Below, one piece after another: positions 37,213 through 45,999 of a DNA stretch of 64,000 nucleotides. The position numbers and the translations under genes were made by a program. A model generated the notes under the pieces. The model was given only the letters and a program-made list of their open reading frames with translations. It made no database searches and was not told the DNA's origin. The stretch covers positions 64,001-128,000 of the forward strand of contig JBMOPW010000034.1 of assembly GCA_049322915.1 (NCBI GenBank), written 5' to 3'. Numbering within the stretch: position 1 is the first letter of the stretch; each line of letters begins with the position of its first letter. This DNA comes from Candidatus Zhuqueibacterota bacterium. Lineage in GTDB: Bacteria > Zhuqueibacterota > Zhuqueibacteria > Thermofontimicrobiales > Thermofontimicrobiaceae.

Positions 37213-39621
37213 TTGAATATGTCTCCGTCCTCCTCTGAATTCTGGTGGCTGTTCGTTCTGGGCAATATTGCCCTGTTGGCTCTCGTATTCGGTTTCATCA
37301 CAATTATATTTCATAACCAGCGCAAGTTTCAGAAAGATCAGCAGGAAAAGCTGGAACAATTAAAACAGAGTGAAGAGAAGTACAGCAATCTTTTCAATCA
37401 TGTCACGGATATTGTTTTTATCCATTCGCTCGATGGACATATTGTGCAGATCAACAATGCAGTGCGTGACTTGCTCGGGTACGACCCGCGCCAGCTCATC
37501 GGCCTGTCGCTGAATGAAATCATTGCCCCGCAATTTCCATTCGATCTGAAAGGCTATATCAGTGAAATCACTGAGACCGGCTTTTCGCACGGGCACATTC
37601 ATTTTAAATCGACAATGGGCAGCGTTCTCATTTTCGAATTCAGAAACACGGTTGTTTTCCGCGATGGTTCCCCAATTGCAATCCGCGGCATTGCCAGGAA
37701 TGTGACCGAGCATATTAAGGCTGAATTGAAATTAAAAACAAGCGAAGAACGCTATCGAAATCTGTTTCAACATTCCATCGCCAGCATTGTGCTGCTGGAC
37801 AGGGATTTGAATTTCATTGACGCAAATAAGGCTGCCATCGAGCTTCTGGGCTATCAGCGACAGGAGTTATTGGCGTTGAATTTTCAGCATATCATCCTGA
37901 ACCGGGAGAGCTTTACCTCGCTCTTTGGAAATTTGAAACAATCCGGCAACCTGGTCAATTTGGAACTGCTGCTGAAGAAACGCAATGGATCGAGGATTTG
38001 GGCGCTGAGCAATGCCACGTGGATTGAGGATAGCCCGAGCCAGCAGATCGGCATTCTCTTCACTATCTTCGATATTACATCCCGTCGACAGGCTGAGCAA
38101 TTGCTGGCAGAAGAAAAAGAGCGTCTGGCTGTTACGCTGCGGAGCATTGGCGACGCCATTGTGACGACCAATACGCTGGGCGAAATTTTGCTGTTCAATC
38201 ACGCCGCTGAAAAATTATGCCAGATCAGCAGTCTTGAAATCAACGGTAAATTCTTTGAAGAAGTCTTTCAAATCGTGGATGAACAAACCAATGAACGGTG
38301 CGCCTCTCCGGTGGAGGAAGTGCTCAAAGCGGGACAGATTGTCCAACACTTGAAGAATCGTATTTTAATCACAAAGGACAACAGTCAGAAATACATTTCC
38401 TACAGCAGCGCTCCGATCAAGGATAAAGAGGACCAGACTCTCGGCGTTGTTCTGGCGATTCGGGACGTGACTGAGAAAATCAAGCTGGAAGAAGAAGTGT
38501 TAAAAATGCGCAAACTGGAATCGGTGGGAATTTTAGCCGGTGGGCTCGCGCACGATTTCAACAACATTCTGACGGCGATTGTCGGAAATCTGTTCCTGGC
38601 CAAAATGTCGCTGTGCAATGAGAATACGGAAACCATCTCATTGCTGGACGACGTGGAAAAGGCGACTCTCCAGGCTAAAAAACTGACGCAGCAATTGCTA
38701 ACGTTCTCGCGGGGCGGAGCGCCCATCAAGAAGACTGAAGCAATCCACGATCTCATTCGCGATTCGATAAATTTCACGTTACGGGGTTCCAATGTCCGCT
38801 GTGAGTATTTCATCAGTGATGATCTCTGGCCTGTTTTTGGGGACACAGGTCAGATCAATCAGGTGCTGAACAATTTAGTGATGAATTCGGATCAGGCCAT
38901 GCCCGAAGGCGGCATCCTGGAAGTGCATGCGATAAATGCTGTACTCGCTGAAAAATCAGCGCTGCCGCTTAAGCCCGGGCGGTACATCAAAATTACAATC
39001 AAGGATACCGGGATTGGAATTCCAGCGGAATACCTTCCGAAAATATTTGATCCTTATTTTTCCACAAAAAAAGCCGGCAATGGCCTCGGCCTGGCCACGG
39101 TGTATTCCATCATTTCCAAACATGATGGTTATATCACAGTTGAATCAAAAATCGGAAAAGGGACATCAGTGATTTTCTATCTCCCGGCGTCAATGCAAAA
39201 AATTGCTCCTCTGAATAGCCCTCAAATAACGCTGCAGCAAGGCAAGGGTAGAATTTTACTGATGGATGACGAACTGGGCATTCGGGAAGCCACCGGCAAA
39301 ATTCTGAAAAAATTTGGTTATGATGTTGATTTTGCCTGTGAAGGCAGCGAAGCGCTGGAGAAATACCAGCGCGCCATCGAAACACGCCACCCTTTTGATT
39401 TGGTGATTCTGGATTTGACCATCCCCGGCGGAATGGGCGGATTGGAAACAATCAAAGAATTGCTGAAGCGGGATCAGGGTGCAAAGGCGATTGTGTCCAG
39501 CGGCTATTCATCCGACCCGGTAATGGCCAATTTCAAACAATATGGCTTTTGTGAATTTATTGCCAAGCCTTATAATCTCAATGAGCTGCGCACCAAACTC
39601 TACAAAGTGATGAACAATTAA
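37213..39621 (+). CDS. Membrane-anchored hybrid histidine kinase (3 PAS, HisKA, HATPase, REC)
   Basis: One TM; AHDFNNILT H-box; DTGIGI, FSTK, GLGL; receiver LMDDE...DLTIPGG...KPY. Confidence 0.93.
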   Translation: MNMSPSSSEFWWLFVLGNIALLALVFGFITIIFHNQRKFQKDQQEKLEQLKQSEEKYSNLFNHVTDIVFIHSLDGHIVQINNAVRDLLGYDPRQLIGLSLNEIIAPQFPFDLKGYISEITETGFSHGHIHFKSTMGSVLIFEFRNTVVFRDGSPIAIRGIARNVTEHIKAELKLKTSEERYRNLFQHSIASIVLLDRDLNFIDANKAAIELLGYQRQELLALNFQHIILNRESFTSLFGNLKQSGNLVNLELLLKKRNGSRIWALSNATWIEDSPSQQIGILFTIFDITSRRQAEQLLAEEKERLAVTLRSIGDAIVTTNTLGEILLFNHAAEKLCQISSLEINGKFFEEVFQIVDEQTNERCASPVEEVLKAGQIVQHLKNRILITKDNSQKYISYSSAPIKDKEDQTLGVVLAIRDVTEKIKLEEEVLKMRKLESVGILAGGLAHDFNNILTAIVGNLFLAKMSLCNENTETISLLDDVEKATLQAKKLTQQLLTFSRGGAPIKKTEAIHDLIRDSINFTLRGSNVRCEYFISDDLWPVFGDTGQINQVLNNLVMNSDQAMPEGGILEVHAINAVLAEKSALPLKPGRYIKITIKDTGIGIPAEYLPKIFDPYFSTKKAGNGLGLATVYSIISKHDGYITVESKIGKGTSVIFYLPASMQKIAPLNSPQITLQQGKGRILLMDDELGIREATGKILKKFGYDVDFACEGSEALEKYQRAIETRHPFDLVILDLTIPGGMGGLETIKELLKRDQGAKAIVSSGYSSDPVMANFKQYGFCEFIAKPYNLNELRTKLYKVMNN

Positions 39622-39719
39622 TACTTCTTGATTTTTCAAATATTTTTTTTTATCTTACTCCCCAAAAATCAATGCCTCTTGTTTAGCCTTTTTTTTTCGA
39701 AGAATTGGATGGTAGAAAG

Positions 39720-41096
39720 ATGACTGAAGAAACACATGTAAGCGATGATGAGATCGTGCCTCATCAGGCTAAGGCTGGAGAAGTCACGTCCCGATTCCCC
39801 GGTTTTTACAAGCTTGAACTCTCGACCCGCCTCGATATGTTAGATCAATGGTATCCCCTGACGACAAAAGAAAAATGGAAATTAAAACGTGAGACGCTCA
39901 CACCCGAACTCGCTGATGTGATGGTCGAAAATGCCATTGGTGTTTTTGGATTACCTCTGGGCGTTGCCGTGAATATAAAATTGAATAACAAAGACTACGT
40001 CATGCCAATGGCAGTGGAGGAATCATCGGTCATTGCCGCTGCGAGCAACTCCGCCCGGCTCATTCGCGATCATGGTAAATTGACGGCTGAGGCAACGGAC
40101 CCAATCATGTTCAGCCAGATTCAGGTTGTGAATGTCAGGAACCCGAAGCGGGCCATCGCGAAAGTGCTTGAAAAGAAAGCAATGCTTTTAAAAGTGGCCA
40201 ACCAACAGGATCCTGAGTTGGTCCGTCTCGGCGGCGGCGCAAAAGACATCGACGCACGCGTGATTGATTCGCTCAGCGGTCCCATGGTGATCATGCATAT
40301 TTACGTCAATTGCGTCGATGCCATGGGCGCCAACGCTGTCAATACAATGGCCGAAGCCCTGGGGCCGATCATCGCCGACCTGGTGAATGGCGAAGTCATT
40401 TGTCAGATTGTCTCCAACCTGTCCGATCATCGTCGGGTGAAAGTGCGCATGGAACTGGAAACAAGCTGTCTGGCGCGCTCCGGATTCTCCGGTGAAGAGG
40501 CTGCGGATCGAATTATAAAAGCCTATCATTTCGCGGAGGCTGATCCGTATCGGGCGGCCACGCATAACAAAGGCGTCATGAATGGCATCGACGGCATTGT
40601 CATTGCGACAGGCAATGACTGGCGAGCATGCGAAGCCGGCGTTCATGCGTACGCTGCGCGGTCGGGCAGTTACAAGCCGGTCAGCCAATATTTCATGGAT
40701 GAATCCGGCAAATTAATCGGCGAGATGGAAATACCCATGTCCGTCGGCATTGTCGGCGGCGTCACCTCCATTCATCCCGGTGTAAAAATCCTGCTGAAAT
40801 TAATGAAAGTCAATACCGCGAAAGAGCTTTCCGAAGTCATCGCGGCGGCTGGCTTGATTCAAAATTTTTCCGCCATCTGGACGCTGGCGACGGAAGGCAT
40901 CCAGAAAGGCCACATGACCCTGCATGCGAGAAATGTGGCTGTGTTTGCCGGCGCCATCGGTGAAATGGCCATAAAGGTTGCCAATCAAATGGCGCACGAA
41001 GGTCGCGTCCGCTACGACCGCGCCAAACAGATATTAAAACACCTGCTCGTCCGGGAAATTGAGGAGAACGGCAGCAAACAGTCGGACGATGAATAA
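39720..41096 (+). CDS. mvaA: HMG-CoA reductase, class II
   Basis: ENAIG, EESSVIAA, DAMGAN, THNKG, GIQKGHMTLHA. Confidence 0.95.
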   Translation: MTEETHVSDDEIVPHQAKAGEVTSRFPGFYKLELSTRLDMLDQWYPLTTKEKWKLKRETLTPELADVMVENAIGVFGLPLGVAVNIKLNNKDYVMPMAVEESSVIAAASNSARLIRDHGKLTAEATDPIMFSQIQVVNVRNPKRAIAKVLEKKAMLLKVANQQDPELVRLGGGAKDIDARVIDSLSGPMVIMHIYVNCVDAMGANAVNTMAEALGPIIADLVNGEVICQIVSNLSDHRRVKVRMELETSCLARSGFSGEEAADRIIKAYHFAEADPYRAATHNKGVMNGIDGIVIATGNDWRACEAGVHAYAARSGSYKPVSQYFMDESGKLIGEMEIPMSVGIVGGVTSIHPGVKILLKLMKVNTAKELSEVIAAAGLIQNFSAIWTLATEGIQKGHMTLHARNVAVFAGAIGEMAIKVANQMAHEGRVRYDRAKQILKHLLVREIEENGSKQSDDE

Positions 41097-42039
41097 TATG
41101 ATCTCCACATGCGCGACTGCTGCGGCAAAACTCATTCTATTCGGGGAACACGCTGTCGTTTATGACCAGCCGGCCATTGCCATCCCGCTTCTCGATGTGC
41201 GGGCTTCCGCCGCTATTTCCATCGATTTATCTTCGGCCACACCCGTCATCGAGGCAAAGGATTTGCGCATGACTCTGCCGATTACAGAGGCCAGACAGCC
41301 TTCGTTGCAGCACATCGTCAATGCGATTGAATTGTTCGAAGCGAGAGCCATGCCGCTGCCGGCTACCGGCTGGCGTCTGACAGTGTGGTCGAAAATTCCC
41401 TTCTCGCGGGGATTGGGCAGTAGCGCCGCCATTAGCATTGCGATTCTCCGCGCGTTATCCGCTTCGCAGAAAATCCACTTCTCGTCCGAGCAGTTCATTG
41501 AGCTGTCTTTTGAACTGGAAAAATTTCATCATGGCACTCCGAGTGGCCTGGACAATACGGTGATTGCAGTGGAACGTCCCATCATTTTTCGAAAAGGCCA
41601 GCCGCCGCAAAACATCGAGCCAAAGAGCTTCACGTTCGTCGTTGGAGATACGGGCGTCGGTAAAAAGACATCGGACGTCGTGAGTTTTGTGGCAGCTAAT
41701 TATCACAGCAACCCGGGTCATGCTGGAAAAATCTTCAGTGAAATTGGCGCGATCGCCCTTGCCGGACGTGAATGCCTGGAACAGGGCAAGTTGAAAAAAC
41801 TCGGCGAACTCATGACGAAAAATCAGGACTTGCTCAGCGAACTGGAGGTGTCGTCTCCTGAATTGGATACGCTGATTGGCGCTGCAAAAAATGCCGGCGC
41901 ACTTGGCGCGAAACTATGTGGTGCAGGCAAAGGCGGATGTATGGTCGCGTTGACGGAAGATACAAAATCGGCAGAGACCGTTTCCCGGGCGCTCCTCCAG
42001 GCCGGCGCCCTGAAAACTTTCATCACTCGTTTGAAATAA
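41089..42039 (+). CDS. mvk: Mevalonate kinase
   Basis: KLILFGEHAVVY, PFSRGLGSSAA, HGTPSGLD, GAKLCGAGKGG. Confidence 0.93.
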   Translation: MNNMISTCATAAAKLILFGEHAVVYDQPAIAIPLLDVRASAAISIDLSSATPVIEAKDLRMTLPITEARQPSLQHIVNAIELFEARAMPLPATGWRLTVWSKIPFSRGLGSSAAISIAILRALSASQKIHFSSEQFIELSFELEKFHHGTPSGLDNTVIAVERPIIFRKGQPPQNIEPKSFTFVVGDTGVGKKTSDVVSFVAANYHSNPGHAGKIFSEIGAIALAGRECLEQGKLKKLGELMTKNQDLLSELEVSSPELDTLIGAAKNAGALGAKLCGAGKGGCMVALTEDTKSAETVSRALLQAGALKTFITRLK

Positions 42040-42051
42040 GGGGATATCGCC

Positions 42052-42657
42052 GTGAACAATTGTTTGGTGGCCATCACCGGCGCTTCCGGCGCCATCATCG
42101 GCATTCGTCTGATTGAAGAATTGCTGAAGAACCGCATCGATGTCATTGCCATCATTTCCAAAAACGGAAGAAACGTCCTTCATGCTGAACTAGGCGCTGA
42201 TTTCCCGCTTCCAGCCAATGTCCACTACTTTTCGGAAGGCGATGAAAATTCGCCATTCAACAGCAGTTCATTTGTCCTGGACGCAATGGTTGTCGCACCC
42301 TGCTCCATGAAAACTTTGGCTGGAATTGCGAACGGCTTTTCTTTCAACTTGATTGTGCGCGCTGCCGAGATTCAATTGAGGACAAATCGACCGCTCATTT
42401 TGTCCCCGCGAGAGACACCGCTTTCCGCACCCAATCTCAAAAATATGCTGGATGTGAAAAACGCCGGCGCATTGATTTGTCCGCCCATGGCTGCTTACTA
42501 TCATCGACCCGCATCTGTGGATGACATGACCAATTTTTTTGTGGGTAAAATTCTGGACTTGCTGGGAATTCCCAATACACTGTACCAGCGATGGCAGAAC
42601 AAACAGCCAGGTTCTATCATTCGCACCGATGACCCGCCGAAAAACCAGGAGCAATAA
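42052..42657 (+). CDS. ubiX: Flavin prenyltransferase UbiX
   Basis: ITGASG, PCSMKTL, PRETPL, YYHRP. Confidence 0.93.
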   Translation: MNNCLVAITGASGAIIGIRLIEELLKNRIDVIAIISKNGRNVLHAELGADFPLPANVHYFSEGDENSPFNSSSFVLDAMVVAPCSMKTLAGIANGFSFNLIVRAAEIQLRTNRPLILSPRETPLSAPNLKNMLDVKNAGALICPPMAAYYHRPASVDDMTNFFVGKILDLLGIPNTLYQRWQNKQPGSIIRTDDPPKNQEQ

Positions 42658-43934
42658 TGGACTTTCGAACCTGCATTGACAACGAACGAATTCAGAACAA
42701 TGTGATCGTCTGTGAGGACGCGCTCTCTCCGCATCTGGAGTTGACCAAAAAGATCATTGAACTTGAACCATCGCCGGCGCTGCTCAGCGGAGTTGGCGCT
42801 ATTCCAGTGGCTGCGAATCTGTTTTGCTCCCGAAATTCGATGGCGCGGCATTTGGATTTACCGCAGGATACATTTCTTCCGTCGTTAGCCCGGAAATTGA
42901 AAAGCGATCCAATTCATATACATAACTCCGGCTCGATCTTCGGCGAGCGCGAGTGGCCGGCGATTGATTTGAATGACCTCCCCATTCTGTTTCACTATCC
43001 GGGAGACGGTGGAAAATATATCACGTCCGCGGTCTGGATTGTCAATGATGCACAATCAGGAAGGAATTTGTCCTATCATCGCATGATGGTGATTGATGGG
43101 CGGCGCGGCGCTGTGCGCGTTGTAGAAAATCGTGGGATGCATCAGGCGATTCACCATGCCGGCGGACGCGCTTCTGTTGCCATCTGTCTGGGAGCACCGC
43201 CAGCCGTTCTGCTTGCGGCGGCCCTCTCCCCTGCTGCTTCAGTCGATGAAATGGAATTGGCTGGAAAATTGGATGCCATCACGCTGGCAGATTGCAAAAC
43301 AATCGACGTGCAGGTACCGGCCAACTGCGAAATAGTCATCGAAGGAATTTTCACCGGCGAGAGCGGCAATGAGGGGCCGTTTGTCGACATCACAGGGACC
43401 TGGGATTATATTCGAAACCAGCCCTTGCTGGAGGTGACGCGCATTGCTTCCCGCCAAAATCCAATCTATCATGCTCTCGTTCCTGGAAGAAGCGAGCATA
43501 AAACGCTCATGGGCATGCCCAAAGAACTGGATATTTTCAACAAAGTGAATGAAGTCTGTGCGTGTCTTGATGTGAACATGACGGCTGGCGGCTGCTCGTG
43601 GCTCCATGCTGTAGTGAAAATCCGGAAAGAACATGGCGATGACGGGCTCAATAGTCTAAGAGCGGCTTTTGAAGCCCATCCATCTTTGAAGTACTGCGTC
43701 GTTGTCGACGAAGACATCGACATTCACGCCACGGAACAGGTGGAATGGGCTGTTGCCACTCGGTTTCAGGCGGATAAAGATTTACTGGTGATGAGCGATA
43801 TGCCGTCAAGCTCGCTCGATCCGTCGGCGTATCATATTCCAGGAAAGAAAAGCCGGGGCGCAAAACTGGGACTGGACGCGACAATTAAAAAGAGCGGGGC
43901 CGAGCGCGCGATGTTCGAGCGGGTGAGGCTATAA
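42657..43934 (+). CDS. UbiD-family prFMN decarboxylase, probable anhydromevalonate phosphate decarboxylase
   Basis: NLSYHR, EGPFVDITGT, AFEAHPSLK, VDEDID, SSLDPS. Short 425-aa form in an operon with mvaA, mvk and ubiX. Confidence 0.85.
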   Translation: MDFRTCIDNERIQNNVIVCEDALSPHLELTKKIIELEPSPALLSGVGAIPVAANLFCSRNSMARHLDLPQDTFLPSLARKLKSDPIHIHNSGSIFGEREWPAIDLNDLPILFHYPGDGGKYITSAVWIVNDAQSGRNLSYHRMMVIDGRRGAVRVVENRGMHQAIHHAGGRASVAICLGAPPAVLLAAALSPAASVDEMELAGKLDAITLADCKTIDVQVPANCEIVIEGIFTGESGNEGPFVDITGTWDYIRNQPLLEVTRIASRQNPIYHALVPGRSEHKTLMGMPKELDIFNKVNEVCACLDVNMTAGGCSWLHAVVKIRKEHGDDGLNSLRAAFEAHPSLKYCVVVDEDIDIHATEQVEWAVATRFQADKDLLVMSDMPSSSLDPSAYHIPGKKSRGAKLGLDATIKKSGAERAMFERVRL

Positions 43935-44009
43935 TGCTGTCCCGGCCATGCGAACGGATTGCGATGAAGAACGCGCTCCTTTCACAGCCAGTTGATTCAG
44001 GGGCAATTA

Positions 44010-44813
44010 TTATAAAGATTTAATCAGGAAATAAAATGACAGTCCAAAGCATCCCTGAAGCACTCCCAGGGAAATGAGAGTATAGGCGTCGTAATCCTGT
44101 GATTGCCGGTAATAGTGGTTCATGTCGGCGAGGGAGCCGGCTTTCAGATATTTATCATACCAATCTTCGGCTTCACTCTTCAGATAAACTGTGGCCAATC
44201 CGGATACAATGGATGCGCCCCACAGGCCATAGGCCACCTTCCGATATCTCATCTTTTTCGCGTTCAATTTTTCAAATGACGTCGCCGGCTCCAGTGAAAT
44301 TTTCTCAGCTCGCATCAGAGGAATGTTGATGAAATTTTCTTTGATTTGCGCGCTGAAAATATGGTAAGATCGGTAGCCTGGCTTCTCGATTAAAATATCG
44401 ATGTTGGTTCCCGGCTCCAGGGATATGGTCAATGGGGTTTTGCCCAGGGGCACGTTATTCACGGTAACTTCTGCGTCGAAGGGCGTCGTGCGAATGGTCA
44501 GCCGGCGACTGAATTGCGGTGAAATTATCAGCGTGTCGTTCGGCGTAATCGTAATTTCGCGCTGCCAGTCTCGATTTCCCCAGACGTGGCGATTCGGGTG
44601 CAGTGCGGTCACCGCGTAGGTTCCAGGGGCAAGCGCCAACGCAGCAAGGCCAGAAAAACCAGCGAAATTGCCATTGATCAGAATCTCAATCCCCGGAGTT
44701 TCCGTTTCAATTTTCAGGTATCCCCTGCCCTGGTCGTTCTGGCATAAAAGCAGAGCGCTATTCCCCAGAAGAAAAACGAATGCAATCCACAGTGACTTTC
44801 TGAACACGCTCAC
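44010..44813 (-). CDS. Secreted PEGA-domain protein
   Basis: Signal peptide; PFDAEVTVNNVPLGKTPL...KPGY; C-terminal hydrophobic helices. Confidence 0.8.
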   Translation of the reverse strand: MSVFRKSLWIAFVFLLGNSALLLCQNDQGRGYLKIETETPGIEILINGNFAGFSGLAALALAPGTYAVTALHPNRHVWGNRDWQREITITPNDTLIISPQFSRRLTIRTTPFDAEVTVNNVPLGKTPLTISLEPGTNIDILIEKPGYRSYHIFSAQIKENFINIPLMRAEKISLEPATSFEKLNAKKMRYRKVAYGLWGASIVSGLATVYLKSEAEDWYDKYLKAGSLADMNHYYRQSQDYDAYTLISLGVLQGCFGLSFYFLIKSL

Positions 44814-45949
44814 TCCTCTCCTGCCGTTTTGAACGCATACACATCATTGTTCTCCGAGGCGGCAATCAGATAGTCACCCCAAACGACTGGCATCGTGCGA
44901 ATTCTTCCCCTGGTTTGATATTTCCAGAGTTCTTTCCCTGTCTGTAAATCCACCAGATAGAGATGCCTGTCCAGCGACCCGAAAACAACTTTATCATTGC
45001 AAATCAGCGGGCTGGTGCTTATCACGCTTTGCGCCTCGAATTTCCAGTTGAGCGCGCCGGTTGCAGGGTTCAGACAATACACATGGGAATCCGTGGAGCT
45101 GAAGAGGAGAACAGTGTCGTTAACGGCAGCCGATTGAAGAATTTGTCCCTCAGCAGAAAACGTCCATTTGAGCGCGCCGTCCGCTGCATTGAGAGCATAC
45201 AGCGTTCGATCGCTGGAGCCGATATACACGGTATCATTGAAAATCGCCGGCGTGGCCACGACGCTTGAACCGGTGGCATAGGTCCATAGAATTGCGCCGT
45301 CAATTTTTTTCACGGCGTAAACAACGCCGTCATCCGCGCCGAACACGATGATGTTGCCCGAAACTGCCGGTGAAGACCGGATTTGCTCTTTAATCTTGGT
45401 TTGCCAGATACGCACACCGCTGCGCAGTTCATACAGGTCGATGTGGTTGTAGAGCGCGGTGACGATGATGCTCGCGCCAAATACCAGCGGCTCGGACGAA
45501 ATGTCGCCCGCGTCCACGCCCCATTTCATTTTCGACTTTCGCAGATCGTAACTGAAAAGCGTTTTGTCGCCATACCGCCGGGCGATGATAACATTGGTAT
45601 CGGCCACAGTGAATGTGGAAGCCACATCCATTTTGATATTGCCAATTTTCTCTCCGGTGCGGATGTCCAGCGAAACGATTCGCCCATCTTTTGTCCCAAA
45701 AAAGACAGCGCCATCCACGACCGAAAGATAGCTCTCAATCGCTGAACTGGCTTTGAAATGCCAGATCAGTTCCAATGGCAGTGTGAGTGCGCCCGGGTAG
45801 ACATTGTTTCTCGCCGGATTTCCGCCAAACATGGGCCAATTCAGTGCTGCATCCGTGGATTGCATCGGCTGGATATATTTTATTTTGGCGCAGGAAACCA
45901 GCGCCAGCAATGCGATGAAGACGGTTTTAAATGTGACAGAAATTTTCAT
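44810..45949 (-). CDS. PQQ-like beta-propeller (BamB-like) lipoprotein
   Basis: Lipobox LVS-C; WPMFGG; repeated 'YALNAADGALKW'-type blades. Confidence 0.85.
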   Translation of the reverse strand: MKISVTFKTVFIALLALVSCAKIKYIQPMQSTDAALNWPMFGGNPARNNVYPGALTLPLELIWHFKASSAIESYLSVVDGAVFFGTKDGRIVSLDIRTGEKIGNIKMDVASTFTVADTNVIIARRYGDKTLFSYDLRKSKMKWGVDAGDISSEPLVFGASIIVTALYNHIDLYELRSGVRIWQTKIKEQIRSSPAVSGNIIVFGADDGVVYAVKKIDGAILWTYATGSSVVATPAIFNDTVYIGSSDRTLYALNAADGALKWTFSAEGQILQSAAVNDTVLLFSSTDSHVYCLNPATGALNWKFEAQSVISTSPLICNDKVVFGSLDRHLYLVDLQTGKELWKYQTRGRIRTMPVVWGDYLIAASENNDVYAFKTAGEE

Positions 45950-45999
45950 TCTGAGACCAGATTCCTTGTGTACGTGAGACTGCTGAGTTAACAAACGTT

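Noticed and set aside
42052..43934. Ubiquinone-pathway ubiD/ubiX
   Set aside because: No ubiA or other quinone genes nearby; coupling to mvaA-mvk favours the MVA role.
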